A stretch of 64,000 nt of DNA from an uncultured Acidobacteriota bacterium (GTDB lineage Bacteria; Acidobacteriota; Vicinamibacteria; Fen-336): assembly GCA_963720545.1 (NCBI GenBank), contig OY970399.1, positions 1,600,001 through 1,664,000 on the forward strand. Direction: 5' to 3'. The position numbers were made by a program, and so were the translations under genes. Of the stretch, positions 1 through 10,118 are shown one piece after another (position 1 is the first letter of the stretch; each line of letters starts with the position of its first letter). The notes beneath the pieces are model-generated. The model worked only from the letters and a program-made list of their open reading frames with translations, made no database searches and was not told the DNA's origin.

Positions 1-58
1 CGCCGATGGTGAGTGCCACACCGTTCAGGAAGTCGCGGCGATCGATCTCATTCGGCAC
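1..58 (-). CDS. 5' end of a Tat-exported flavoprotein, spermidine dehydrogenase (SpdH)-like; truncated by window edge
   Basis: Not in ORF track. GTG at 58 with GGGAGAG upstream gives MPNEIDRRDFLNGVALTIG; the twin-arginine RRDFLNGVALTI matches my recollection of the SpdH N-terminus; lies in a polyamine cluster. Confidence 0.6.
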   Translation of the reverse strand, partial: MPNEIDRRDFLNGVALTIG

Positions 59-150
59 GGTGGCACTCTCCCATCAGCGAACGAATACTTCTGCAACAAG
101 GATCCCTCGCTGGGCTGCCAACGGCATGCCCAGCTCGGGACACGCGCGCG

Positions 151-1482
151 TCAAGCCATCTCGCGCGCTATTTCGTCGAAGACGCGGAGCATGGTGTCGA
201 CATCGTCCTGGGTGTGCAGGGCCGACACCGTCCACTGCTCGTCCCAGCTCTGCGCCTGCGGGATCACGCCGCGGTTGAGGTTCATGTGCCAGTAGCGCCA
301 GAACGACTTCACGTCCTGGTCGTGCCACTCGCGGTAGTTGCGGGCCGGCTTCTTGCGCCAGTAGACGCAGCCGTTGGTTCCCAGGTTGACGGCCACCCAC
401 GGCTTGCGGTGCCGCTTGATGATCTTGTTGTGGCCCTCGGCGAGCGCGTTGCCGAGCGCCGTCGCCTTCACGTACACGTCCTTGGTGAGGATCTGTTCCA
501 GCGCCACGATGCAGGCGGTGGTGGCGAGCGGATTGCTCGCGTAGGTCCCGGCGTGGAACGAGCGGTGCTGCGCGATCTCGTCCATGATCTTGCGGCTGGC
601 GCCGAAGGCGCCGAGCGGCAGGCCGCCGCCGATCGCCTTGGCGAGGCACACCATGTCGGCCTTGACGCCGTAGTACTCCTGCGCGCCGCCCCAGGCGAGC
701 TTGGCGCCGGTCTTCACCTCGTCGAAGATCAGGAGCGCGCCGTGTTCGGTGGCGAGCTCGCGCAGCTGCTGCAGGAAGCCGTCCGCCGGCGGGATCACGC
801 CGACGTTCATCATCACCGGCTCGAGGATGATCGCCGCCACCTGCTTGTCGTTCTTCTGCAGCACCTTGCGGACGCTGTCGATGTCGTTGAACTGCGCCAC
901 CACGGTGTTCTTGACTGTGCCGCCGGGAATGCCGTGGCCGACGGGCAGCGCCTTGGGCCGCTTCTTGCTGCCGGCGAGCTCGAGCGACGGCTTCACCGAG
1001 ACGAGCGCCGTGTCGTGGCCGCCGTGGTAGGCGCCTTCGAACTTCAGCACCTTGTCGCGCTTCGTGTAGGTACGTGCCAGGCGTAGCGCGTGCATCGTCG
1101 ACTCGGAACCGGAGTTCGTGAAGCGCACCTGCTCCAGCTGGAAGCGCTCGCCGATGAGCTGCGCCGCGCGCAGTTCGCGGTCGTGCGGCATGCCGTAGAG
1201 CGTGCCCTCGGACGCGGCGGCGGCCAGCGCCTTGACCATCACCGGGTTCGAATGGCCCACCATCAGCGCGCCGAAGCACATCGAGTAGTCGGTGTACTCG
1301 CGCCCGTCCACGTCCCACATCTTCGAGCCCTCGGCCCGCTGGATGTAGATGGGATACGGCTCGTAGGTGCGGAAATTGCTCGACACGCCGAGGGGCAGGA
1401 TCTTCTCCGCCTCCTGATACATCGCGCGGCTCTTCGGCGTCTGGGCCTTGTAGCGGTCCAGTTCCTGCTCGTGGGTCGTCAT
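151..1482 (-). CDS. Class III PLP aminotransferase, glutamate-1-semialdehyde aminomutase (HemL)-like
   Basis: FTNSGSE, FEGAYHG, LIFDEVKTG, LAKAIGGGLP motifs; GAGGAGG RBS. Confidence 0.85.
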   Translation of the reverse strand: MTTHEQELDRYKAQTPKSRAMYQEAEKILPLGVSSNFRTYEPYPIYIQRAEGSKMWDVDGREYTDYSMCFGALMVGHSNPVMVKALAAAASEGTLYGMPHDRELRAAQLIGERFQLEQVRFTNSGSESTMHALRLARTYTKRDKVLKFEGAYHGGHDTALVSVKPSLELAGSKKRPKALPVGHGIPGGTVKNTVVAQFNDIDSVRKVLQKNDKQVAAIILEPVMMNVGVIPPADGFLQQLRELATEHGALLIFDEVKTGAKLAWGGAQEYYGVKADMVCLAKAIGGGLPLGAFGASRKIMDEIAQHRSFHAGTYASNPLATTACIVALEQILTKDVYVKATALGNALAEGHNKIIKRHRKPWVAVNLGTNGCVYWRKKPARNYREWHDQDVKSFWRYWHMNLNRGVIPQAQSWDEQWTVSALHTQDDVDTMLRVFDEIAREMA

Positions 1483-1651
1483 GTGCGCCTCCTCAAGTAC
1501 GACAACGACGTCAACCTTGTGCCTGCCAAAACGTCCGGCCGGGCGGCCCTTTGAGCGAACTAGTGGCGTTCGTTCGTGTCGTCGCGGGGAGACGGACGGT
1601 AGGGGTGGTGCTCGAGCAGGTTGACCATGAGGTTCGCCGGTAATCCGGAGG

Positions 1652-3028
1652 TTACGCCCGTTTGCGGCGCATGAAAAGGAGCACCGGCAGGCCGAGGAAG
1701 ATGGCGCAGCCCGCGAGCATCTTCGCCTCGAACGCGAACACCGACTCGATCTGGCGCGAGGGTACGAAGGCGACGATCATGCCGAGGGCGGTGGTGAGGA
1801 GCCCGCTGCAGCCGGCGGCGGTGAGCTTCGCCTTCGAGTAGCGCAGCGGCTCGGGCGCGCCGGGGCGCCCCATGCCGATGAGCATGGCGTAGACGTAAAG
1901 GAACGGCACCAGTTGCAACACCACGGCGAGATCGAGGAGCGTGACGAAGGCCTCGTGCACGCCGGCGCCCGCGAAGGCCATGGCGATGATGACGGCGGAG
2001 CAAAGCGCGTGCGCTAGCAGCGCCATGTACGGCGTGCCGAAGCGCGGGTGGAGCCGGCCGAGCGCGGGCGGCAGGTAGCTGTCGAGGCCGGCGACGAACG
2101 GAATGCGCGCCGAGCCCGCGTACCAGGCCGAGGCGATGCCGGCGATCGACACCGCGAGCACCAGAGCCAGCGGGCCGAGGATCCACGGCACGCCCGCATC
2201 GGCCGACATGCGCTCGACCGCCTGCATGACGCCCTGCACCACGCCGATGTCGTCGCGCTTCACCGCCAGCAGCACCGAGAGCGTCGCGCCCACGTAGAGG
2301 GCGCCCGAGATGACACCGCCCCAGGCGACCGCGCCCGGCAGGATCTTCTTCGGCTCCTCGATCTCGTCGCCCATCACCGAGGCGAGCTCGAGGCCGACGA
2401 GCGCGAAGCAGATGACGCCAAACGACGAAATCATCGGCCAGTCGATGCCCGAAACCGCGAGGTCGTGCAGCGGGATGGTGGCGCCGCGCACCAGCCAGGC
2501 GTGCAGGCCAAGGCCGATGAGCACCGAACAGGCGACGGCGGTGCCGATGCCGCCGAGGTTGTTGACCCACTTGCCGACGCCGAGGCCGCGCGTGTTGAGG
2601 GCGAAGAGGAGAGCCAGGAACACGAGCGAAGCGACCAGCGTGAACACCGTGTTGTCGGCGAGGGCGCGGGTGCGCGCGCCGCCGATGAAGGTGGTGACGC
2701 CCACCAGGTAGAAGAGCACCGTGGGGACGTAGAAGACGTTGTTGGTCCAGTAGCACCAGCCGGCCATGAAGCCGTGGAAGTCGCCGAACCCCTTCTTGGC
2801 CCAGAGGTACACGCCGCCCTCGCCCGGGTAGCGCGCCGACAGCTCGATGACGGCGACGCCCTGCGGGAGGAAGAAGAGCGCGAGTGCCGCGAGCCACAAC
2901 CAAAGCGTCGCGGCGCCCTGGGCGGCGACCGTCGGCACAACGTTGAGGTTGGTGATGGCGACGACGAACAGCAGTACCAGGTCGAAGCGGCCGAGGACGC
3001 GCTTGAGGTGCGGTCCCGGCTCGCTCAC
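1652..3028 (-). CDS. APC-family amino acid/polyamine permease
   Basis: ~12 hydrophobic segments; ELSARYPGEGGVYLW and GLELAS..GDEI..P motifs; overlaps the gabT stop. Confidence 0.9.
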   Translation of the reverse strand: MSEPGPHLKRVLGRFDLVLLFVVAITNLNVVPTVAAQGAATLWLWLAALALFFLPQGVAVIELSARYPGEGGVYLWAKKGFGDFHGFMAGWCYWTNNVFYVPTVLFYLVGVTTFIGGARTRALADNTVFTLVASLVFLALLFALNTRGLGVGKWVNNLGGIGTAVACSVLIGLGLHAWLVRGATIPLHDLAVSGIDWPMISSFGVICFALVGLELASVMGDEIEEPKKILPGAVAWGGVISGALYVGATLSVLLAVKRDDIGVVQGVMQAVERMSADAGVPWILGPLALVLAVSIAGIASAWYAGSARIPFVAGLDSYLPPALGRLHPRFGTPYMALLAHALCSAVIIAMAFAGAGVHEAFVTLLDLAVVLQLVPFLYVYAMLIGMGRPGAPEPLRYSKAKLTAAGCSGLLTTALGMIVAFVPSRQIESVFAFEAKMLAGCAIFLGLPVLLFMRRKRA

Positions 3029-4380
3029 GCCGAGGCCGAGGCGATGGCGGCGCCGAGGATGTCGAGGCCCTCGTTCAGTTCGGCGTCCGAGATCACCAGC
3101 GGCATCAGGGTGCGCACCACGTTGCCGAGCGTGCCGGCGGTGACCGTCACCAGGCCGTGCTCATAGCAGTGCTTCGCGATCGCCGCGGTCTGTTCCTTCG
3201 CCGGCGCCTTGGTGGCGCGGTCGGTGACGAACTCGATGCCCCACATCGCGCCGATGCCGCGCACCTCGCCGACCAGCGCATGCTTCGCCTTCCAGGCTTC
3301 GCCGCGCGCCTTGACGATGGCGCCGATCTCGTTGGCGCGGAGCAGCAGGGCGCCGTCCTCGAACTGGTCCAGGACCGCGAGCGCGGCGGCGAGCGACACC
3401 GGGTTGCCGCCGTAGGTGCCGCCAAGGCCGCCGACGATGGCGGCGTCCATGATCTCGGCGCGCCCGGTCACCGCTGCGAGCGGGAACCCGCCGGCGATCG
3501 ACTTGGCGCTGATCAGGATGTCGGGCACGACGCCCGAGTGCTCGATGGCGAACAGCTTGCCGGTGCGGCCGAAGCCGGTCTGCACCTCGTCCACGATCAG
3601 CAGCATGCCGTGCTTCGTGGTCAGCTCGCGCAGCCTGCCGAAGTAGTCGGGCGGCGGCACCACGAAGCCGCCCTCGCCGAGCACCGGCTCGACGATGATG
3701 GCCGCGACCTTGTCGGCTTCGACGTGGCGCTTCCACATGTCCTCGAGCGCGTCCATGCAGGCCTGCGTCGGATCCTTGGCGGCTGCGCCGAGCGCCGAGC
3801 GGTACGCGTACGGAAACGGCATGCGGTAGATCTCGGGCGCGAACGGCCCGAACCCGGTCTTGTAGGGATGCACCTTCGACGTGAGGCTCATGGTGAGCAG
3901 CGTGCGCCCGTGGAACGCGTCTTCCGCCGCGACGATCGCCGGCCGGCCGGTGGCGACGCGCGCGATCTTCACCGCGTTCTCGACCGCCTCGGCACCGGAG
4001 TTCACGAACAGCGTCTTCTTGGCAAAGGCGCCCGGTACCTTGGCGTTCAGGCGTTCGGCAAGCGTCACGTAGCTCTCGTAGGGCATCACCGCGAAGGCAC
4101 TGTGGGTGAGCTTCTTCGCCTGCGCGGCTGCGGCTGCCGATACCGCGTCGTTGGTGTGGCCGACGTTCAGGCAGCCGATGCCGCCGGCGAAGTCGATGAG
4201 GCGGTTGCCGTCCACATCCTCAACGGTTGCGCCGTGCGCCGAGGCGACGAAGATCGGCGTCGCGTGGGCGGGGCCGCGCGGCACCGCGGCGTCGCGCCGC
4301 GCCATGAGGGCCCGCGAGCGGGGGCCGGGAATCTGGGTCTTGAGCGAGACGGCGGAAGCGGCGCGGGTTTCGGTGGCCAT
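3025..4380 (-). CDS. gabT: 4-aminobutyrate--2-oxoglutarate aminotransferase
   Basis: IDFAGGIG, NSGAEAVENAVKIAR, FHGRT, EPVLGEGGF, DEVQTGFGRTG, GGLGGTYGGNP. Confidence 0.88.
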   Translation of the reverse strand: MATETRAASAVSLKTQIPGPRSRALMARRDAAVPRGPAHATPIFVASAHGATVEDVDGNRLIDFAGGIGCLNVGHTNDAVSAAAAAQAKKLTHSAFAVMPYESYVTLAERLNAKVPGAFAKKTLFVNSGAEAVENAVKIARVATGRPAIVAAEDAFHGRTLLTMSLTSKVHPYKTGFGPFAPEIYRMPFPYAYRSALGAAAKDPTQACMDALEDMWKRHVEADKVAAIIVEPVLGEGGFVVPPPDYFGRLRELTTKHGMLLIVDEVQTGFGRTGKLFAIEHSGVVPDILISAKSIAGGFPLAAVTGRAEIMDAAIVGGLGGTYGGNPVSLAAALAVLDQFEDGALLLRANEIGAIVKARGEAWKAKHALVGEVRGIGAMWGIEFVTDRATKAPAKEQTAAIAKHCYEHGLVTVTAGTLGNVVRTLMPLVISDAELNEGLDILGAAIASASA

Positions 4381-4411
4381 GGTCGTTAGCGCGGTACTTT
4401 ACGCCTGTTGG

Positions 4412-5779
4412 CTAGGTCTCCAGGATGGCCGCGACCGACTCGCGAAACGCCTCGGTGTGGCGGTCGATGTCGAGCGCCGTCGCCTGCGGCGCGATGAGCG
4501 CCATGTTGTGGAACGGCGTCATCAGGATGCCGCGGTTGAGCGCGGCGAGGTGCATGTAGCGGTCGAGTTCATGGTCGACAGCGGCCGCGGCTTCGCCGCC
4601 ATTTCGCGGGGCTTGCGGGGCGAACCAGTACTCCGCCCGGCACCCCAGTTGTTTCACGATCCAGGGCAGCAAGAACTCGGCGATTGCCGCCTCGACGCCG
4701 GCCGCGAAGCGTGCGGCGAGCGGAACGGTGCGCGCGAACGCCGCTTCGGTGAGCACCGACTCGAGCGTGGCGCGCATCGCCGCGAGCGACAATGCGTTGC
4801 CGGCGAGCGTGCCGCCGGTGCCGTTCGTGTCGGAGTCGGCGGCCGGCGAGCATTCGGCGACGCGGTGCGCGACCTCGGCCGAGAGGCCGTAGACCGCCGC
4901 GGGAATGCCGCCGGCGATGGGCTTGCCGAGCACCAGCATGTCGGGCTCGAGGTTGTGGGCGCGCGTGTAGCCGCCCGGTCCGGCGCTGATGGTGTGGGTC
5001 TCGTCAATGACCAGCAGCGTGCCGGTGCGGCGTGTCAGCTCGCGCAGTCCTTCGTGGAAGCCCGGTTCCGGCAGGACGATGCCGATGTTGGTCATCGCCG
5101 GTTCGGCGAGCACGCAGGCGACGTCGCCGGGCAAAAGCGCCGCCTCGAGCGCCGCGAGGTCGTTGAACTCGACGACCTTCGTGGTGAGCGCCGGGTCGAC
5201 CGCGGGCCCGAGGTTCCCAGGACGGGCGCGTGCCTGGCCGTCCGCGCCCAGCACCACCAACGTCTCGTCCACGGTGCCGTGATAACACCAGTTGAAGACC
5301 AGCACCTTCGGCCGCCCGGTGATGCCGCGCGCCAGCCGCAGCACGAAGCGGTTGGCGTCCGTCGCGGTCAGTGCCACCTGCCAGTACGGCAAGGAGAAGC
5401 GCCGCTGCAGCTCCTCGCCCACCCACACGGCGTCGGCGGTCGGCAGCATGAATGTGGTGCCGCGGCGCAGCCTTTCGATCGCCGCGGACACCGCCGGCCA
5501 CGGTGCGTGGCCGGTCATGGCGCCGGTGTCGCCGAGGCACAGGTCTACGTAGTCATGGCCGTCCGCGCAGGTGAAGTGCGTGCCGCAGCCGCTCTCCACG
5601 AACAACGGAAAGGCGCCGGCCCAGCGCACCATCCAGTTCATCGGCACGCCGCCGAGCAGCGATCCCCGGGCGCGCTCGAAGAGCGCACTCGAGCGCGGGT
5701 GGGCGGCGGCGAACCGCGCGTCCTCGGCGGCGGTGGCCGTGGCGAGGCGTTCCCGCGAGATTGGCGTGGCGCCGCTCAA
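4412..5779 (-). CDS. Class III PLP aminotransferase (aspartate aminotransferase family)
   Basis: DLCLGDTGAMTGH, YHGTVDE, IDETHT, LGKPIAGG, GGTLAGN. Confidence 0.85.
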   Translation of the reverse strand: MSGATPISRERLATATAAEDARFAAAHPRSSALFERARGSLLGGVPMNWMVRWAGAFPLFVESGCGTHFTCADGHDYVDLCLGDTGAMTGHAPWPAVSAAIERLRRGTTFMLPTADAVWVGEELQRRFSLPYWQVALTATDANRFVLRLARGITGRPKVLVFNWCYHGTVDETLVVLGADGQARARPGNLGPAVDPALTTKVVEFNDLAALEAALLPGDVACVLAEPAMTNIGIVLPEPGFHEGLRELTRRTGTLLVIDETHTISAGPGGYTRAHNLEPDMLVLGKPIAGGIPAAVYGLSAEVAHRVAECSPAADSDTNGTGGTLAGNALSLAAMRATLESVLTEAAFARTVPLAARFAAGVEAAIAEFLLPWIVKQLGCRAEYWFAPQAPRNGGEAAAAVDHELDRYMHLAALNRGILMTPFHNMALIAPQATALDIDRHTEAFRESVAAILET

Positions 5780-5786
5780 GGCGCTT

Positions 5787-7247
5787 CTAGTACCAGCCGA
5801 TCGGCTGCTCGTTCAGGTTGATGTGCACCTGCTTCACCTGCAGGTACTCCTCGGCGCCCCACGGCCCCAGCTCGCGGCCGATGCCCGACATCTTGTAGCC
5901 GCCCCAGGGCGCCTCGACGTAGGTCGGCTGCATGTGGTTCACCCAGATGATGCCCGCCTGCAGCCGCTTCACCATGCGGAAACACTTGAAGATGTCGCGG
6001 CTCCACACCGCCGCGGCCAGGCCGAACGGCGTGTCGTTGGCGATGCGCAGCGCATCCTGCTCCTCGTCGAACGGGATCACCGACATCACCGGGCCGAAGA
6101 TCTCCTCGCGCGCGATGCGCGCGGAGTTGTCGACGTCGTAGAAGATCGTCGGCTGCACGTAGTATCCCTTTTCGAGCCCGGCCACCGTGGCCATGGCGCC
6201 GCCGGTCGCGACCTTCGCTTCCTTCTTGCCGATCGCCTGGTAGGAAGCGATCCGATCGCGCTGTTCGCGCGACACCACCGGCCCCATCTTGGTGGCGCGG
6301 TCCATCGGCTCGCCGAGCGTGATCTTCTTGGCCTTCTCGACCATTGCGTCCACCATCTTCTTGTATATGGAACGCTGCACCAGCACGCGGCTGCCGGCCG
6401 AGCAGACCTCGCCCTGGTTGATGAAGACGCCGAACAGGGCGCCGTCCACCGCAGACTCGAAGTCGGAGTCGGCGAAGAAAATGTTGGGCGACTTGCCGCC
6501 GAGCTCGAGGCTCACCTTCTTCAGCGTGTCGGCGGCGGAGCGGGCGATCATCTTGCCCACCTCGCTGCTGCCGGTGAAGGCGATCTTGTCGACGTTCTGG
6601 TGCGAGACGATCGCGGCACCCGTCTCGCCATAGCCGGTGACGATGTTGACCACACCCTTCGGCACGCCGCAGTCGGCGAAGAACCTGCCGAACTCCAGGA
6701 GCGTCAAAGGCGTCTGTTCGGCCGGCTTGATGACGACCGTGCAGCCAGCGCAGAGCGCCGGCGCGATCTTCCACGCCGCCATCAGCAGCGGGTAGTTCCA
6801 GGGAATGATCTGGCCGGCCACGCCGAGCGGCTCGCGCATCGCCAGCGAAACCGCATTGTCCGGCACGTTCAGCACCTCGCCGTGGATCTTGGTGGCAAGC
6901 CCGCCGTAGTACTCGAAGCAGGTCGCGACGTCGGTGAGGTCGTATTCCGCCTCGACGATCGGCTTGCCGCTGTTGCGGGTCTCGATCTCGGCCAGCCGCG
7001 GCAGCTCCTGGCGCATGCGTTCGGCGAGGCGCAGCAGGATGCGGCCGCGCTCCTGCGCGGTGACCTCGCGCCATTCGGTGTCGAAGGCGCGGCGCGCCGC
7101 CTGGACGGCCCGATCCACGTCGTCGGATCCAGCATCCGGTACCTTGGCCATGACCGTATCGGTCGAAGGGTTGAAAACATCGAAGGTCTTGCCCGATTTC
7201 GCGCCGACCCACTCGCCGTCGATCAACATCGCATACGTTTTGGTCAT
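5787..7247 (-). CDS. NAD-dependent aldehyde dehydrogenase (aminoaldehyde/betaine-aldehyde type)
   Basis: PWNYP, FTGS, LELGGKSP, NQGEVCSAGSR, EEIFGPV; start set at MTKTY (ATG 7247). Confidence 0.92.
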   Translation of the reverse strand: MTKTYAMLIDGEWVGAKSGKTFDVFNPSTDTVMAKVPDAGSDDVDRAVQAARRAFDTEWREVTAQERGRILLRLAERMRQELPRLAEIETRNSGKPIVEAEYDLTDVATCFEYYGGLATKIHGEVLNVPDNAVSLAMREPLGVAGQIIPWNYPLLMAAWKIAPALCAGCTVVIKPAEQTPLTLLEFGRFFADCGVPKGVVNIVTGYGETGAAIVSHQNVDKIAFTGSSEVGKMIARSAADTLKKVSLELGGKSPNIFFADSDFESAVDGALFGVFINQGEVCSAGSRVLVQRSIYKKMVDAMVEKAKKITLGEPMDRATKMGPVVSREQRDRIASYQAIGKKEAKVATGGAMATVAGLEKGYYVQPTIFYDVDNSARIAREEIFGPVMSVIPFDEEQDALRIANDTPFGLAAAVWSRDIFKCFRMVKRLQAGIIWVNHMQPTYVEAPWGGYKMSGIGRELGPWGAEEYLQVKQVHINLNEQPIGWY

Positions 7248-7323
7248 GATTTGCCGCCCCCGGTGGTTCCGGCCGGCAGGATACGACGGCACAACTTTCG
7301 CAGCAAATGGTGCAGCCGTTTGC

Positions 7324-7353
7324 TTGACAGTTCGTCGACGGCCCGATTACAGT
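7324..7353 (+). promoter_or_regulatory. Putative sigma70 promoter for the TonB-dependent receptor
   Basis: TTGACA (7324-7329), 18 bp spacer, TACAGT (7348-7353). Confidence 0.5.
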
Positions 7354-7382
7354 CCGCTCCAGTTCTGCCCGGGGGTTTACCT

Positions 7383-10115
7383 ATGAGCCGTATCCGCCCT
7401 GTTGCGATCGCCATGATCCTCCTCGCGATTGCAATCCCTTCCTTCGCCCAGCGCACGACCGGTTCCGTCCTGGGAACGGTCACGGATGAATCCGGCGCGG
7501 TGCTGCCCGGCGTCACCGTCACGCTGACAGGCGCCAACGTCGTCGGCACGCAGAGCTCGGTCACTTCCGAGCGCGGCGGCTATCGTTTCGCCGCCCTGCC
7601 GCCCGGCGATTACACCGTCATCTTCACGATGTCGGGGTTCTCGACCATGAAGCGCGACGGCGTCAAGGTGCCGCTGGGCGGCACGGTCGAAGAGAACGTC
7701 GGCATGAAGGTGAGCTCGCTGTCCGACGAGATCACGGTGAGCGGCGAGGCGCCGGTCATCAACACGGCCTCGAACCAGGTGAGCACCAACTACGACAAGG
7801 ACTGGGTGCGCAACGCGCCGATGAAGCGCTACTCGTTCTTCGACCTGATCGCGGCGGCGCCGGGCGTCAACCAGAGCACCTCCAACAACGAGCGCGCCAC
7901 TTCGTTCGGCTCGGCCACCACCGACAACTCCTACCAGCTCGACGGCACCGACTTCACGGCGCCGCTGACCGGCGCCGCGTGGCCGTTCCCGAACACCGAC
8001 GCCATCGAGGAAATCGAGATCCTGTCGCTCGGCGCGCCGGCCGAGTACGGCAACCTGCAGGGGGCGGTCTTCAACCTGGTCACCCGCCAGGGCTCGAACG
8101 CCTTCCACGGCGACCTCAACTACTATCACCAGAGCCAGGGCCTGACGAGCAGCAACACGACCCGCGAGCAAGACGACGGCTTTCCATACACCCGCGTGAA
8201 GTTCAACGACTACACGGCGCAGATCAGCGGGCCGGTCATCAAGGACAAGCTCTGGTTCTTCGCGTCCTACCAGCACCAGGCGAACTACGAGGCGCCCGCC
8301 GGCGTGCCCAAGGAGTTCCCCACCAAGCAGGATGCCGACCGCGTGTTCGGCAAGATCAACTGGCAGATCAGCGACCGCAACAAGCTGATGTTCGCCTACC
8401 ACGACGACTACTATCGGCTGCCCGGCTCGTCGAACGCGATCACCGACCCCAACTCGGTCACCGTCGAGCACGGCCACAACCCGTCGCCGAACCTCACGTT
8501 CACGTCGGTGCGTTCCGACAAGACCTACATCGAGGCGCGCGTCTCGGGGTTCTACGGGAAGGACCACGGCGACCCCATCGTCGACGGCCAGCCGCGGGTG
8601 AAGCCGCGCTTCCTCGACTTCGACACCGGCGAGACGCTGGGCGGCATCTACTCCTGGTATGACGGCACCAGCGACAAGACTGCGGCCTCGGCGAAGATCT
8701 CGCATTTTGCCGACCACTTCATGGGCGGCAGCCACGACTTCAAGTTTGGCGTTCAGTTCAACAGCGGCGGCAGCGACTACGCCACCGGTCCGAACGACTA
8801 CATCTATACGTACAGCGGCGTGCCGGCCTACGGGTACACCCAGGTTCCCTACCACAGCGCCGGAAAGATGCGCGCGCTCGGGTTCTTCTTCGACGACACC
8901 TACCGTATCGGGTCGCGCCTCACCGTCAACTTCGGCGCGCGCTACGACAACAGTAAGGCCAGCTTCGACGCCTACCCCATCCTCGACAAGCTCGGCGACG
9001 AGACCGGCGCCTCGACGGCAGCCGTAGACAAGTTGTTCACCTGGAACGTGGTCTCACCGCGCCTCGGCTTCACCTACAAGATGACCGAAGACGGCAAAAC
9101 CGTCCTCAAGGGACATTGGGGTCGGTACTACCGCGGTATCGTCACCGGCGAATTCACCGGAGTGACCCCGTCCATCACGCCGCGGTTTCTGTTCGACGGG
9201 ACTTACGACGATGCCGGCAATCCGCAGAACCTGGAACTGGTGTCGGACATCTCGAACCTGCACGTCGATCCCAGTTTCAAGGACCCGACTACCGACCAGT
9301 TCATCCTGAGCTTCGAGCGCGAGATCGCGCAGAACCTGGGCGTGTCGGTCAACTACGTCTACAAGAAGGGCAAGCACTACGGCGGATGGATCGACACCGC
9401 CGGCACCTACGAGTCCGTACCCTTCACCGACGAGACCACCGGGAAGACGCTCAACCTGCTGCGGCTGACGAGCGAAACCACCGATCGGCAGTTCCTGCTG
9501 ACCAACCCCGACCCGATGTTCACCAAGTACAACGGCGCGACCTTCCAGCTCACGAAGCGGATGTCGAATCACTGGCAGACCGTTGTGTCGCTGGTGTGGT
9601 CGCGCTCGACCGGCCGCCTCGGCTCGAGTTTGCTCGGGCCATTCTCACGCCAGAGCGGCATCAGCCCCACCTTCGGCCAGAACCCGAACGACTACATCAA
9701 CACCGACGGACGGCTCATCGAGGACCGGCCGTTCGTGTTCAAGACGCAGTTCTTCTACGAGCTGCCGAAGGGCTTCCAGGTGGGCTTCAACTTCATCCAC
9801 CAGTCGGGCCGCCCGTTCGGACGCACGATCAACCCCAGTGACTTCCTCAACATTCCGAGCACCGTGACGCTGCTCGAGCCGATCGACGGCTCGCTGCGAG
9901 TCGCGAACTCGAACGTGTTCGACATCCGCGCGCAGAAGGACATCACGCTCTCGGGCGACGTCAAGCTCGGCCTGTTCCTCGACGTCCTCAACCTGTTCAA
10001 CAACGCCGCGAACGAGAACGTCGGCAGCCGGCTGGTGTCCTCGGATGCCTTCGGCCGCGCCACCGACATCATCTACCCGCGGCGCGCCATCCTCGGGGCG
10101 AAAATCCACTTCTAG
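7383..10115 (+). CDS. TonB-dependent outer-membrane receptor (Oar-like, carboxypeptidase-regulatory-like N-domain)
   Basis: Signal peptide MSRIRP..SFAQ; GTVTDESGAVLPGVTVT; plug motif APAEYG..GAVFNLVTRQGSN; C-terminal Phe. True start is 7383, not 5571. Confidence 0.92.
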   Translation: MSRIRPVAIAMILLAIAIPSFAQRTTGSVLGTVTDESGAVLPGVTVTLTGANVVGTQSSVTSERGGYRFAALPPGDYTVIFTMSGFSTMKRDGVKVPLGGTVEENVGMKVSSLSDEITVSGEAPVINTASNQVSTNYDKDWVRNAPMKRYSFFDLIAAAPGVNQSTSNNERATSFGSATTDNSYQLDGTDFTAPLTGAAWPFPNTDAIEEIEILSLGAPAEYGNLQGAVFNLVTRQGSNAFHGDLNYYHQSQGLTSSNTTREQDDGFPYTRVKFNDYTAQISGPVIKDKLWFFASYQHQANYEAPAGVPKEFPTKQDADRVFGKINWQISDRNKLMFAYHDDYYRLPGSSNAITDPNSVTVEHGHNPSPNLTFTSVRSDKTYIEARVSGFYGKDHGDPIVDGQPRVKPRFLDFDTGETLGGIYSWYDGTSDKTAASAKISHFADHFMGGSHDFKFGVQFNSGGSDYATGPNDYIYTYSGVPAYGYTQVPYHSAGKMRALGFFFDDTYRIGSRLTVNFGARYDNSKASFDAYPILDKLGDETGASTAAVDKLFTWNVVSPRLGFTYKMTEDGKTVLKGHWGRYYRGIVTGEFTGVTPSITPRFLFDGTYDDAGNPQNLELVSDISNLHVDPSFKDPTTDQFILSFEREIAQNLGVSVNYVYKKGKHYGGWIDTAGTYESVPFTDETTGKTLNLLRLTSETTDRQFLLTNPDPMFTKYNGATFQLTKRMSNHWQTVVSLVWSRSTGRLGSSLLGPFSRQSGISPTFGQNPNDYINTDGRLIEDRPFVFKTQFFYELPKGFQVGFNFIHQSGRPFGRTINPSDFLNIPSTVTLLEPIDGSLRVANSNVFDIRAQKDITLSGDVKLGLFLDVLNLFNNAANENVGSRLVSSDAFGRATDIIYPRRAILGAKIHF

Positions 10116-10118
10116 CGC

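Noticed and set aside
1560..1628. 22-codon minus-strand ORF (MVNLLEHH...) as a leader peptide
   Set aside because: No SD, attenuator or informative codon run
5571..7382. N-terminal ~600 aa of the 1514-aa ORF, suggesting a giant receptor
   Set aside because: It is the antisense shadow of the aldehyde dehydrogenase; the receptor's signal peptide begins at 7383
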